Source: Candidatus Brennerbacteria bacterium (GTDB lineage: Bacteria; Patescibacteriota; Minisyncoccia; UBA6257; GWB1-50-10). Taken from it: a stretch of DNA of 64,000 nt. Both the position numbers and the translations under genes were made by a program. Position 1 is the first letter of the stretch. Each line of letters opens with the position of its first letter. The stretch covers positions 5,847-69,846 of the forward strand of contig JAZDNP010000013.1 in NCBI GenBank assembly GCA_043799565.1. Direction: 5' to 3'. Below are positions 35,014 through 44,986 of the stretch, piece after piece. The notes below the pieces were generated by a model. The model ran no database searches and was not told the origin of the DNA. It saw nothing but the letters and a program-made list of their open reading frames with translations.

Positions 35014-36165
35014 ATGTGGGAAAAAATACATTCACTATTCCGCTCGTTCCGGTCTTTAAAAAATGAGCGCGCGGAAACCGGAACACTTTTCCAAACTCCC
35101 ATTGAGGAGGTCCTTTCGGGCTTCCCCGACGCAGCGATGCTTTACGATGCAAATTTCAGCATTCTTTCGTTCAACGGCGCGGCGGAAAAACTTTTTGGCG
35201 TCAGCCGTGAAGAGGTGCGGGGCGTTCACATTGACCCGGGGTGGGTAGAGCGTCCTCACTATCGCCTCCTCGCGCAAATTCTCTTTCCTTCACTCGCTCC
35301 CGCAAGCGTGGAACGCTCCGAAACGGGCACGTGGCCGCAGATTGTGGCACTCACTTTTGAAGATCCGCATCGAGAGCTTATTGCGCACACCATCCGCATC
35401 GCCGACTCGTCGGGAAATCCGACTGCATTCGTGAAGCTCGTTCGCGATGAAACCCGCTCAAAAGAGGTTCTTTCCACACGGAATGAGTTCGTCGGCATTG
35501 CCGCGCACCAACTTCGCACTCCACTCACCGCACTAAAATGGTCCCTGGAGAGTATTGGGGGGGCAGCGGAGAAAAACGAAGGAACGGGAACGCTGGTGAA
35601 GGATTCTCTTTCGCTCGTCGATAGATGCCTTAAGATCGTCAATGATTTTCTTGATGCCGCAAAAATTGAAGAGGGAAAGTTTGGATTTGAATATGAAGAA
35701 ACCGACCTCGTGAACCTCCTTGAGACTCTCATCGGCATTATTACGCCCATCGCGAAGCAGTACGGGGTCTCCGTCTATTTCGACCACGAAGGACTTGCGA
35801 CTCTCCCCCTTTCCCTTGACCCCTCCCGCCTCGGTACCGCGTTCTTGAACCTCCTTGATAACGCCGTTCGCTATAACGTGAAAGGAGGAAAAGTGACCGT
35901 AGGGATCAAAAAAGGAGCGGAATCAGTAAGGATATCAGTTTCGGATACCGGCATCGGCATCCCCAAAGGAGAAGAACGGAAATTGTTCCAAAAATTGGAG
36001 CGCGGGACGAACGCCATCCAAGTTGAGCCGAACGGAAGTGGTCTCGGACTCTACATTGCGAAGAATATTGTGGAGGGCCACGGGGGTACGATAGAGGTGG
36101 CCTCCGAGGCGGAACGCGGTACCACATTTGTGGTGACGCTCCCTCTCCGAAAAAAGAACGCCTGA
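35014..36165 (+). CDS. PAS-domain sensor histidine kinase
   Basis: FN.AAE.LFG (PAS), HQLRTP, NL.DNA, D.G.GI, GSGLGL. Confidence 0.92.
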   Translation: MWEKIHSLFRSFRSLKNERAETGTLFQTPIEEVLSGFPDAAMLYDANFSILSFNGAAEKLFGVSREEVRGVHIDPGWVERPHYRLLAQILFPSLAPASVERSETGTWPQIVALTFEDPHRELIAHTIRIADSSGNPTAFVKLVRDETRSKEVLSTRNEFVGIAAHQLRTPLTALKWSLESIGGAAEKNEGTGTLVKDSLSLVDRCLKIVNDFLDAAKIEEGKFGFEYEETDLVNLLETLIGIITPIAKQYGVSVYFDHEGLATLPLSLDPSRLGTAFLNLLDNAVRYNVKGGKVTVGIKKGAESVRISVSDTGIGIPKGEERKLFQKLERGTNAIQVEPNGSGLGLYIAKNIVEGHGGTIEVASEAERGTTFVVTLPLRKKNA

Positions 36166-36174
36166 ACAACCTCA

Positions 36175-36648
36175 ATGAGAATCGTCGGCATTGATCCGGG
36201 GTATGCACGCATCGGATACGCGCTCATTACCGCAAACGGAAACGCGCTTCGTTGTGAAACTATGGGAACGTGGGAGATTCCACCCGCCGCGTCACCTAAG
36301 CGCCTCGCCGAACTCGAATCGGCTCTTTCAGCGTTCCTAAAAGACGCGCATGCAGACCGCATCGGTATAGAGCGCCTCTTCTTTTCCGCGAACAAGCGCA
36401 CCGCGATGGCAGTATCCGAAGCGCGGGGGGTCATCCTTCTCGCGGCGGGAAAGATGGGAGTACCCATCATTGAACTTACCCCCAATGAAGTGAAGCGCGC
36501 CGTTACGGGCGACGGCACCGCTCCCAAGCCCGCAGTCGCGAAAATGGCGAGATGGATACTTCAACTTACCGATACGAAAGGTTTGGACGACACGACCGAC
36601 GCGCTTGCAATAGCCATCGCCACCGCAAAGCCGAATTTGAAGTATTGA
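36175..36648 (+). CDS. ruvC: Crossover junction endodeoxyribonuclease RuvC
   Basis: GIDPG, IE.LFF, ARGV, VK..VTG.G.A.K, DD..DALAIA. Confidence 0.97.
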   Translation: MRIVGIDPGYARIGYALITANGNALRCETMGTWEIPPAASPKRLAELESALSAFLKDAHADRIGIERLFFSANKRTAMAVSEARGVILLAAGKMGVPIIELTPNEVKRAVTGDGTAPKPAVAKMARWILQLTDTKGLDDTTDALAIAIATAKPNLKY

Positions 36649-36672
36649 CACGCGTTCATCTCTGGCTATACT
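36645..36672 (+). promoter_or_regulatory. Sigma70 promoter for the small acidic protein
   Basis: TTGACA-16 nt-TATACT. Confidence 0.75.
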
Positions 36673-36716
36673 AGTCACGCATTTATAAAAAGGTCGCTTA
36701 TCATGCTTCTTTTCAC

Positions 36717-36887
36717 ATGACCGACACATTGCTCCGCATGACCTACCTCGGCGACGGCATTTCCACCGACGAGGAGGGGACAGAAGACGAAACTGAAAAG
36801 GACGGGGAAGGTCCGTTCTCTCCCCTTCCTGTAGAGGAGGAAATCCCGGAAGTAAAAGACCCCTTAGAAAGTCCCGACGAAGTATAA
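36717..36887 (+). CDS. Small highly acidic protein, 56 aa (absent from the ORF track)
   Basis: MTDTLLRMTYLGDGISTDEEGTEDETEKDGEGPFSPLPVEEEIPEVKDPLESPDEV*; between promoter and terminator GCCTCCGCG-AAAG-CGCGGAGGC-TTT. Confidence 0.7.
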   Translation: MTDTLLRMTYLGDGISTDEEGTEDETEKDGEGPFSPLPVEEEIPEVKDPLESPDEV

Positions 36888-36987
36888 TGGCGGGAGCATT
36901 CCCACGTGCGGCTTTGTGCCTCCGCGAAAGCGCGGAGGCTTTCTGTTTGTTTCTTTCAAGCAGAAAAATCGTTACTATTGAGAAGAC

Positions 36988-39519
36988 ATGATGGGAATCT
37001 TCCAAAAAGCACAAAAGCGGCGCAAGAAGGTTTCGTGGTTGGTTTTTTGGGGATCTTCACTCCTTCTCGCGATGGCAGTAGGCAGTGTGGTATGGGCATT
37101 TTTCACGGTTCAATCCCTCCCCTCGCCCGACAATTTCCGCGAACGCCAAATTAGCCAGTCCACCAAGCTTTACGACCGGACTGGTGAGCACCTTCTCTAT
37201 GAAATCCACGGCAACGAGAAACGCACGGTAATCGCTTTTGAAGAGGTTCCTCTTCACGTTAAAAATGCCACGCTCGCCGCAGAAGATGCGGAATTCTACC
37301 ACCAACCCGCGTTCGACTGGCGCGGTATTCTCCGTGCTTTTATTGCCAACATCCAGGAGGGTCGCACCGTACAGGGCGGCTCGACTATTACCCAGCAGCT
37401 TGCGAAGAACGCGTTTCTCACGTCCGAAAAAACTTACATCCGAAAGATTAAAGAACTTATCCTCGCGCTGGAGTTTGAGGATCAATATTCCAAGGATGAG
37501 ATTTTCGGATTTTATCTGAACCAGATCCCTTACGGCTCCAACGCCTACGGGGTTGAAGCGGCAAGTCAAACCTACTTCGGTAAATCGGTGCGCGCTCTCT
37601 CGCTCGCGGAAGCAGCCACGCTTGCGGCGCTTCTCAAAGCTCCTTCGTATTATTCTCCCTGGGGTTCGCATATCGCCGACCTCATGGCGCGCAAGGACTA
37701 CGTACTGGACCGCATGGCCGAGCTCGGGTTAGTCTCCATGAAAGAGCGCGATGAAACGAAAAAGGTGACGCTCGTATTCGCGCCTCCTTCGCTCGGCACC
37801 ATCGCCGCCCCCCATTTCGCGCTCGCAGTGAAGGAATACCTCGTGGGCCGTTATGGGGAGCAAGTTATTGAGGGTGGGGGACTTAAAGTTATCACCACTC
37901 TTGACGTCGAGCTCCAAAACCTCGCGGAGATCGCGGTAAAAGACGGCTCCGCAAGAAACGTGGAGCTTTATGGAAGCGCAAACGCGTCATTGGTCGCGCA
38001 AGACCCAAAAACTGGCCAGGTACTTGCCGTCGCCGGCTCCAAAGACTACTTTTCACCGCCAGAACCGGAAGGGTGCGCTCCGGGTTCTATCGGCGAAACG
38101 AGCTGCCAATTTGAGGGGAACTTCAATGTCGCGACTCAAGGTCTCCGCCAACCAGGCTCCGCGTTGAAGCCTTTCGTCTACCTTACCGCGTTCGAAAAGG
38201 GATACACGCCGGACACCATACTCTTTGACGTTTCTACGGAATTTGATGTTCGCGATGATCCAGAAACGAGCTATCGGCCCGTAAACTTCGACGGCGCCAC
38301 AAGGGGTCCCGTAAAGATGCAGGACGCGCTCGCGCAATCACTCAACATCCCCGCGGTAAAAACATTGTACCTTGCGGGCTTTGACGATGTTTTAAAAAAA
38401 TTGCACGCGTACGGCATCACTACACTTCAGGAACGTTGGCGCTACGGGCTTTCCCTCACGTTGGGCGGCGGTGAAGTAAAACTTATCGACCTCGTGAATG
38501 CTTACGCTACCCTTTCACAAAGCGGGGTTCGCCACGAACAAGCTCTCGTGCTCCGCGTGGAAGATTCGTCGGGGCGGGTAATCGAAGAATATCACGACAC
38601 CACCAAGCGGGTGGACGATGGGAGCGCCGCAAACCTTATCACGCGTATTCTCTCCGACTCTGACCTCCGCTATCCTATTTTCCGAAGCTCGAATGCTCTC
38701 ACCGTATTCCCCGACTACGAGGTTGCGCTTAAAACCGGCACCAGCGAGGACCATCGCGACGCGTGGACGGTTGGATACACTCCATTTCTTACCGTAGGCG
38801 TCTGGGCAGGAAACAACAACAACCAGGCAATGATACGCCAAGGTTCCAGCATTCTCGCTGCAGTCCCAGTATGGAATGCGTTTATGAAAGAGGCCCTCTT
38901 AAAATACCCTCCCGAACCTTTTACGCGCCCCGCACCGCTCTCTACCCCTTCCAAACCAATGCTTGATGGGAAGTGGAACGTGGTTGCCTCCGGACCGGGC
39001 GGCTCCTTCCCACAGATACACTCGATTCTCTACTACGTGGACCGAAAAAATCCGTTAGGGCCTATCCCGGAGAATCCCGGGAACGATTCACAATTCAAGA
39101 ACTGGGAAGAGTCCGTCATCTCATGGGCAAGTGTCAACATGCCAAATTTCTCCCTATATAACGCCCCACTCCCGGAGGGTGCGGCATTCTCCGGGTCTTC
39201 TTCTCAGATCGCCCCTACCAGAACAACACAACAGGGAGAGTTGTCGGTGGAAAGCTTAACCCCCGCAAATGGCACGTTTTTGGATGGCCCCCTTTCGGTT
39301 GGTGCGACCATACGCGCACGAGACGAAGACCTCTCAAAAGTGGAGCTGTATTTCAATAGGCGCCTGATCCACTCGGTTAATGTGTGGGGAAATACATATC
39401 ACTATCAGTACACCATTCCAATACCGCTCGAACTCCAAAATTCCGTGGAAGTTCGCGCATATACGAGAAGCGGTGTGAGCGCTTCTCGAACCAATGTCTT
39501 CTTCAAATCTGGAGAGTAG
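36988..39519 (+). CDS. Class A penicillin-binding protein (PBP1A)
   Basis: AED..FY.., QGGSTITQQL, RKIKE, YLN.I.YG; RQPGS..KP, SLN, KTGT. Confidence 0.95.
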   Translation: MMGIFQKAQKRRKKVSWLVFWGSSLLLAMAVGSVVWAFFTVQSLPSPDNFRERQISQSTKLYDRTGEHLLYEIHGNEKRTVIAFEEVPLHVKNATLAAEDAEFYHQPAFDWRGILRAFIANIQEGRTVQGGSTITQQLAKNAFLTSEKTYIRKIKELILALEFEDQYSKDEIFGFYLNQIPYGSNAYGVEAASQTYFGKSVRALSLAEAATLAALLKAPSYYSPWGSHIADLMARKDYVLDRMAELGLVSMKERDETKKVTLVFAPPSLGTIAAPHFALAVKEYLVGRYGEQVIEGGGLKVITTLDVELQNLAEIAVKDGSARNVELYGSANASLVAQDPKTGQVLAVAGSKDYFSPPEPEGCAPGSIGETSCQFEGNFNVATQGLRQPGSALKPFVYLTAFEKGYTPDTILFDVSTEFDVRDDPETSYRPVNFDGATRGPVKMQDALAQSLNIPAVKTLYLAGFDDVLKKLHAYGITTLQERWRYGLSLTLGGGEVKLIDLVNAYATLSQSGVRHEQALVLRVEDSSGRVIEEYHDTTKRVDDGSAANLITRILSDSDLRYPIFRSSNALTVFPDYEVALKTGTSEDHRDAWTVGYTPFLTVGVWAGNNNNQAMIRQGSSILAAVPVWNAFMKEALLKYPPEPFTRPAPLSTPSKPMLDGKWNVVASGPGGSFPQIHSILYYVDRKNPLGPIPENPGNDSQFKNWEESVISWASVNMPNFSLYNAPLPEGAAFSGSSSQIAPTRTTQQGELSVESLTPANGTFLDGPLSVGATIRARDEDLSKVELYFNRRLIHSVNVWGNTYHYQYTIPIPLELQNSVEVRAYTRSGVSASRTNVFFKSGE

Positions 39520-40629
39520 CTATTCTTTAATGGGCATCACCACGTAGGTAAGGTGGGTGGCGCTTGGATCTTTTATCACCACCGGACGATCGGATGTGTT
39601 TACACCCAACACCACATTCGCACCGTTATAAATTTTCAATCCGTCAAAAAGGTAGCGCCAGTTGAATGCGGCGGAAAACTTTTCTCCTTTCATCTTCAAG
39701 GGAATATGATATTTATTCTCTCCGAGCGTTGCATCACTTGAGGAAAGCTCTAAAGATTTTTTATTTTCCGAAACGGTAAGTGTAATGTCGTTTGCGCGTC
39801 CGGAAAATGAACTGGTCAGTTTGATTGCTTGCATAAGCTCTTCGCGGCCGATGGTTGCCTCATTCTTTACTTCCTTCGGAATGATCGCGTGATACTCGGG
39901 AAATCTCCCATCAACGAGGCGCGAGATGATACGCGTCGTGGCAGTTTTGAAAAGCACCTGGTTCACGTCCACCGTAACTTCCACCAAGGCGTCTTTCCCT
40001 TTTCCTTGAACAATGCGGAGAACTTCTTCGGTTGTTTTAAGAGGCACGATGGCATCCATTCCGTGCACCGCAAGCTCCTTACTCACTAAAACATATTCGG
40101 ATAGACGGAAACTGTCTGTCGCAACGAACGTAACGCCGTTTTCGTGAAACCGGAAAAGAACTCCGCTTATTTCAGGGCGAATATCGGTGTACTGGGTCGC
40201 CACTACTACGCTTTCCAGTGCATCCGCAAGCACGCTCGCGTTGAACACTGCCGTTTTCGCACTCTCAGCCACAGAGGGAATGAGGGGGTATTCTTTCGGA
40301 TCCTGCGCTTGAATTTGCGCCTCGTAATTGTCGGTGGTCAGAATAAGCTTTCTCCCGCTTCGCTCCAGGGTTATCCGTTCTGCCCCTACATTTTTCACGA
40401 TGGTGTTCAGGATGCCGAACGGGCATGTCACCTCTCCGGTCTCAAGAACCTTGCCTGAAACTTCGTGCGTAATTGCAAGCTCAAGATTGGTCGCGGTAAG
40501 CGTTACATTCCCTTCACGCGCTGAGATGAGCATATTTTTTAAGATAGGGAGGTTTACGCTTCCTCCCACTGCGCGCTCTACCGCAGCAAGTCCGGAAAGA
40601 AGGTTGTCTCTGAGTACTACTATTTTCAT
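39520..40629 (-). CDS. dnaN: DNA polymerase III beta sliding clamp
   Basis: LPIL, ATNLE, ATDSFRL, SRL.DG.FP.Y, C-terminal VMP. Confidence 0.96.
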   Translation of the reverse strand: MKIVVLRDNLLSGLAAVERAVGGSVNLPILKNMLISAREGNVTLTATNLELAITHEVSGKVLETGEVTCPFGILNTIVKNVGAERITLERSGRKLILTTDNYEAQIQAQDPKEYPLIPSVAESAKTAVFNASVLADALESVVVATQYTDIRPEISGVLFRFHENGVTFVATDSFRLSEYVLVSKELAVHGMDAIVPLKTTEEVLRIVQGKGKDALVEVTVDVNQVLFKTATTRIISRLVDGRFPEYHAIIPKEVKNEATIGREELMQAIKLTSSFSGRANDITLTVSENKKSLELSSSDATLGENKYHIPLKMKGEKFSAAFNWRYLFDGLKIYNGANVVLGVNTSDRPVVIKDPSATHLTYVVMPIKE

Positions 40630-40630
40630 A

Positions 40631-40778
40631 TTAATAAGAAGAGTAGGAGAAGAAGTAGAGGATGTGGATATGTGGAAAGCTCCTTAATTCGTTTACCTTA
40701 CTTGGGTTTTCTTTAGTGATGATACTGGATAAAAGGGGGAAGAAAAATATTTTGCGGGGATAACTTCCGAAAAGTTTG
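40631..40778. other. Putative oriC in the dnaA-dnaN spacer
   Basis: DnaA-box-like TGTGGATAT, TGTGGAAAG, ACTGGATAA, CGGGGATAA plus trio-like run TAG-GAG-AAG-AAG-TAG next to the boxes; AT rich. Confidence 0.7.
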
Positions 40779-40779
40779 T

Positions 40780-42158
40780 TTACTTGTACACACGTTCCTT
40801 AATAAGCATTATCTTTTGATTCAACGCGGGGTTCTGATTAATCTCACGATTTATTTTCTCATATGCATGAATTGCTGTCGTGTGGTCCCTTTTCCCCAGC
40901 TTCTCCCCAATGTGAGGGTAAGAAAGTTTTAATACATCACGGAGAAGAAACATGGCAATTTGGCGTGGTTCCACCACTTCTTGTTTACGGCACCGATTGA
41001 TAAGGTCGGAAACCGGAACCTCGAAGAATTCCGCAACGGTCCTTATCACATCTGTAGCGCTCACGTTTTTTGACGTTACTTGCGTAGTTTCATTTATAAT
41101 TTCATCCAATTTTTTTGGATCCAAAATTCCTCCTCTGTGCTGATGGAGGAAAAGAACTTTATTCAGCACCCCTTCAAGCTCGCGAATGTTTTTTGAACTT
41201 TCGCCGCAATGTGGGTGAGAATTTTATCATCCAACTGAACGCCTAATTCCTGAACTTTTGCCCGTAGAATAGCGAGGCGCATCTCGTAATCCGGGTAGGT
41301 AACGTCCGCAATCATACCGCCCTCAAAGCGCGACCTGAGCCGTTCTTCAAGTGTGGGAATTGCCGCAGGGGGCCTATCGGAGGATATGATTATTTGCTTC
41401 GAGTGTTCGTAAAGGGCGTTAAATGTATAGAAAAACTCAAGTTCTGTGGTGGTTTTTCCTCCAATAAACTGGATGTCATCGATAATAAGCACGTCCACGT
41501 CCCGGTATTTTTTCTTCATATCCTCCATCCGTTTGTTGCGGACTGACCAGACTACGTCGTTGATAAATTTTTCGGAAGAAACATATAACACGCGGTTTCT
41601 TCCACCTGTGTGTTTTGCGATGGCGTTGCCGGCCGCTTGGAGGAGATGGGTTTTCCCGAGCCCCACCCCGCCGTAGAGGAACAGCGGGTTATATTTTTTC
41701 CCTACCGCACCAATGATTGCTTGAACCGCGGCATACGCGAGCTCGTTGGAAGAGCCGACAATAAAATTTTCAAACGTATAGCGCGGATTAAGGTTTGTGA
41801 CCGGATCCACTTTCAATTCAGTAATGGGAAGTTGTGACCGCTCCTCGGTCAAAGGAGTTGCGGAAGGGATTTTAGTGGTTGCCACGCGCGCGGGGACTTC
41901 GCGTGCGCCCGTCAAAACCACATAATCAACATTTCGGATGGAGCTGTCTAAATTGCGGAGCGATCCCAAAATTAGTTTGTGGTAACGATTCCTTACCCAC
42001 TCCTTGGCGAAGTTGTTGGGGAGGCCCACCAGCGCCACTCCCTCGCGCTCATTTCGTTCTACCAACTCGCTATTCTTTAACCAGGTGATAAAGTTCGGTT
42101 TGGAGATTTGGAGCTCTATCTCCCCCAAAGTCGCCTTCCAGAGTTCTTTCGGGTTCAT
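40780..42158 (-). CDS. dnaA: Chromosomal replication initiator DnaA, frameshifted at about 41189-41194
   Basis: YNPLFLYG..GLGKTHL, DDIQF, RL.SRF; domain IV (RQIAM, RDHTT) lies in another frame; adding one A restores QKNIRELEG. Confidence 0.93.
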
Positions 42159-42304
42159 GGTACCCACATAATACTCGCGACCTACACGTGGAGCAAGACG
42201 TTCGCGTCAATGCGAATGTGCGTGGGAGGTGCATAGTGTGTTGATAATTTTTCAAACGTATCAAACGTTGAATTTTCCGGAATTCCATAGTACCATTCCC
42301 TCAT

Positions 42305-42442
42305 ATGAGCGTTACCTACCAACCTAACCGCCGAAAGCGAAAGAAAACCCACGGGTTTCTTGTTCGCACTAAGACCTCAAGCGGACGTGCATTGCTGCGC
42401 CGGCGGAGGAGAAAGGGGCGGCGGCGCCTCTCCCCACGCTAA
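42305..42442 (+). CDS. rpmH: 50S ribosomal protein L34 (absent from the ORF track)
   Basis: [45 protein letters not shown]. Confidence 0.96.
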   Translation: MSVTYQPNRRKRKKTHGFLVRTKTSSGRALLRRRRRKGRRRLSPR

Positions 42443-42443
42443 A

Positions 42444-42737
42444 ATGGTCATCCCCCCTCCGCTCCTTAGGGTGCGGAGCGCCAGCTCCGACTCGCGCGGA
42501 GCGAGGCGAGTGCCTCGCGGCAAGAAGGGAAGAATAGTGATCATCACGGTGTCGCGGAAGGCGGCACCTCTCGCGGTCACGAGGAACCGTATTCGGAGAC
42601 GGATACGGGCAGGGCTCGCGAAGGCGGGTATAACGCCGAAAAACGCGATAATGATAGTCGGGACCGCACAGGTAGCGGAGGCCCCATTTCCTAGGTTGGT
42701 AGAAGAAATAAAGAACGTCCTTCACCCTTATGAGTAA
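42444..42737 (+). CDS. rnpA: Ribonuclease P protein component (divergent)
   Basis: VSRK....AV.RNRIRRR.R motif; between rpmH and yidC. Confidence 0.85.
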   Translation: MVIPPPLLRVRSASSDSRGARRVPRGKKGRIVIITVSRKAAPLAVTRNRIRRRIRAGLAKAGITPKNAIMIVGTAQVAEAPFPRLVEEIKNVLHPYE

Positions 42738-43410
42738 TCTTTTTCACGCATACATCTACAACCCCGTTTTTGAGGTGTTGGTGTGGATATACCAAACCGT
42801 GCCACTCCACGACCTCGGTATTTCCATCATCCTTCTCACGTTCGCGGTTCGGATAGTCCTTCTCCCTCTTTTTTGGAAGAGCGCGAAAGATCAGAGTATT
42901 CTTCAAACGCTTCAACCAAAGGTAAAAGAGATCCAAGACAACCACAAAGGTGACCACGAAGCGCAGGGGCGCGCACTTATGGCGCTCTACAAAGAACACC
43001 GTGTAAACCCCCTCTCCGGTATATTTTTTCTCATTCTCCAATTGCCGGTGTTCATCGCCCTTTTTCAGATATTTACCAGAGAGCTCGGGAATGTGTTATT
43101 TGACTCGCATACCTTTCTTGGGTTAATAAATCTAGATGAGAAGAGCATTGTAATAGCGCTTCTCGCCGCAGGGTTGCAGTATGTGCAGGCGCGGCTTATG
43201 CCGCAGGGTAAGGGGACGGAAGGGTCCTCGGCAAAGATGACAAAGTTTTTTGGGCTTGTGATGGGCCCCGCTATCTCACTCATCGTGCTTACCTCACTCC
43301 CTTCCGCGCTCGGCATCTACTGGGTCGCGTCAACAGTATTTTCCATCGGCCAACAACTCGTTATCAATAAAAGCATCAAGAAAGAAATTCCCGAAACTAT
43401 CGCTAAATAA
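42730..43410 (+). CDS. yidC: Membrane protein insertase YidC (short form)
   Basis: G.SII.LT..VR..L.PL, QP....IQ, LYKE..VNP, Q.PVF. Confidence 0.93.
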   Translation: MSNLFHAYIYNPVFEVLVWIYQTVPLHDLGISIILLTFAVRIVLLPLFWKSAKDQSILQTLQPKVKEIQDNHKGDHEAQGRALMALYKEHRVNPLSGIFFLILQLPVFIALFQIFTRELGNVLFDSHTFLGLINLDEKSIVIALLAAGLQYVQARLMPQGKGTEGSSAKMTKFFGLVMGPAISLIVLTSLPSALGIYWVASTVFSIGQQLVINKSIKKEIPETIAK

Positions 43411-43411
43411 T

Positions 43412-43840
43412 ATGGAACAAATTGTGGAAAAAGTAACAATGCTACTCACCCGGATGGGATTTTCCGAGGTACGAGTAGAGGTGGAGGAGGAACACCGGAA
43501 AATCGGCACCCATATTGGCGATGGTCTTACGCGTGAGGAAATCGGGTTCATGCTTCCCGCGCTGGAGCATGTGGTGAATCTTATGATGCGGCACGAAAAA
43601 CTCCCTCCGTATGTGGTGGATGTAAACTACTACCGAAAAGAGCGTGAACGTCTCATTGCGGAACTTGCGCGTGCGGCGGCGCGAAAAGCAGTCGCGACAA
43701 AGACGGAGGTGGAACTTCCGCCGATGAACGGATACGAGAGGCGATTGGTGCACGTAGAAATTGCCACTCACCCCGAGCTTGTTACGGAGAGCGTGGGAAC
43801 GGGGAAAGAGCGCCGCGTAATTATCAAGCGGATTCCTTAA
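43412..43840 (+). CDS. Jag/KhpB-like R3H domain protein
   Basis: DVN.YR..R, L.PM..YERR.VH, ES.G.G..R; follows yidC. Confidence 0.88.
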   Translation: MEQIVEKVTMLLTRMGFSEVRVEVEEEHRKIGTHIGDGLTREEIGFMLPALEHVVNLMMRHEKLPPYVVDVNYYRKERERLIAELARAAARKAVATKTEVELPPMNGYERRLVHVEIATHPELVTESVGTGKERRVIIKRIP

Positions 43841-43846
43841 TTTCCG

Positions 43847-44980
43847 CTAATCAAGTTCAAGCCGGTAGAGGAGGTCGGTGTAGCGGTCTATAAAATAGAC
43901 CGCGTTTTCGTTCGCGCGAACGCGCGAGGCATCAAATGTCGTTTCACCCACACTTCCCCACGGAGATGAGACGTCCTCAATTGAACGGGTTGAGGTTGCG
44001 ATGCTACCGAGCACAAAAACGTCCTCCGACCTAGTTTTTTGCATAAGGTAACTGTTCAATATGGCGTCGGTGTGCTCTGGCGGACCTTCTTTCGGTACGA
44101 AGCAGAAAAGCTTCATGTTATTTACCGCGCATTTGTCGGGGAATGTATAAAAAGGGAAAGCTACGGATCCTCCGAACGAACTATCAAGAAGCGAAGTTCC
44201 CTGTTCGCTTGTGAATTTCAAAAACGAATCGCGCGCTGTGGAAGCAGGGACAATCCACAGGTCCTGTGTGGGAGTGAAAAGCACGTTCAACGCGCGAGAA
44301 GACGGCTCCAGTTTCCATACGCGATTTTCAAAAAGCGAAGAAGGGCGCTCAAGGATAAACGTGTCTCCAGTTTTGGAGGTCACGAATATTACATCTTCCA
44401 TGCGGAAATCGCGTACCACCACCATATAAATAAGAGGTGTTTTTGATATGTCCACGAAGGAGAGGTTTGCGTCGTTCCCGCTCCGCACCGTTGCGATAAG
44501 CTCGTTCGGGTTCCTTCCCCACCCTGCATTTGTTATCTCTCGAGCAAGCGGACGCCATACCGAATCAACGGTATCAAAAATGGCCCATTGGGGAGAGGAA
44601 GGATTTCCGAAGGAAACAAGGAGACGACGTCCATCGGCGGACGGCTCTGTGCGGTTCAGAGCAGTGATGGCTTGGCGGGATATCTCAAGGTCCGGTCCGT
44701 CTTTTACCGCGTAGACGTAACCTTCAGGAGTGATGTAATAAACTTCCCCGGTTTCCGGGACAAGCCAGTAATCAAACGCCGTATGGTCGGATATCACGGT
44801 CGGCGTAGAAAGCGAGGAAGAGTTATTAGTTTCAGTTGATGTGGAAGTTGGAGCGCCGCCATTCCCCGGTGGGACGTTAGCTGGAGGTTCGGCAATAAAA
44901 AGCCACCAGAGGAAATAGATTACTACGCCGACCACTATTGCGATTCCGATTACGGTGAGAATTTTGTAAAGCGGTTTCAT
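43847..44980 (-). CDS. Membrane-anchored extracellular protein, beta-propeller-like
   Basis: N-terminal TM, Pro/Thr linker, beta-rich repeats; last gene of the T4SS-like cluster. Confidence 0.7.
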   Translation of the reverse strand: MKPLYKILTVIGIAIVVGVVIYFLWWLFIAEPPANVPPGNGGAPTSTSTETNNSSSLSTPTVISDHTAFDYWLVPETGEVYYITPEGYVYAVKDGPDLEISRQAITALNRTEPSADGRRLLVSFGNPSSPQWAIFDTVDSVWRPLAREITNAGWGRNPNELIATVRSGNDANLSFVDISKTPLIYMVVVRDFRMEDVIFVTSKTGDTFILERPSSLFENRVWKLEPSSRALNVLFTPTQDLWIVPASTARDSFLKFTSEQGTSLLDSSFGGSVAFPFYTFPDKCAVNNMKLFCFVPKEGPPEHTDAILNSYLMQKTRSEDVFVLGSIATSTRSIEDVSSPWGSVGETTFDASRVRANENAVYFIDRYTDLLYRLELD

Positions 44981-44986
44981 GATGAG

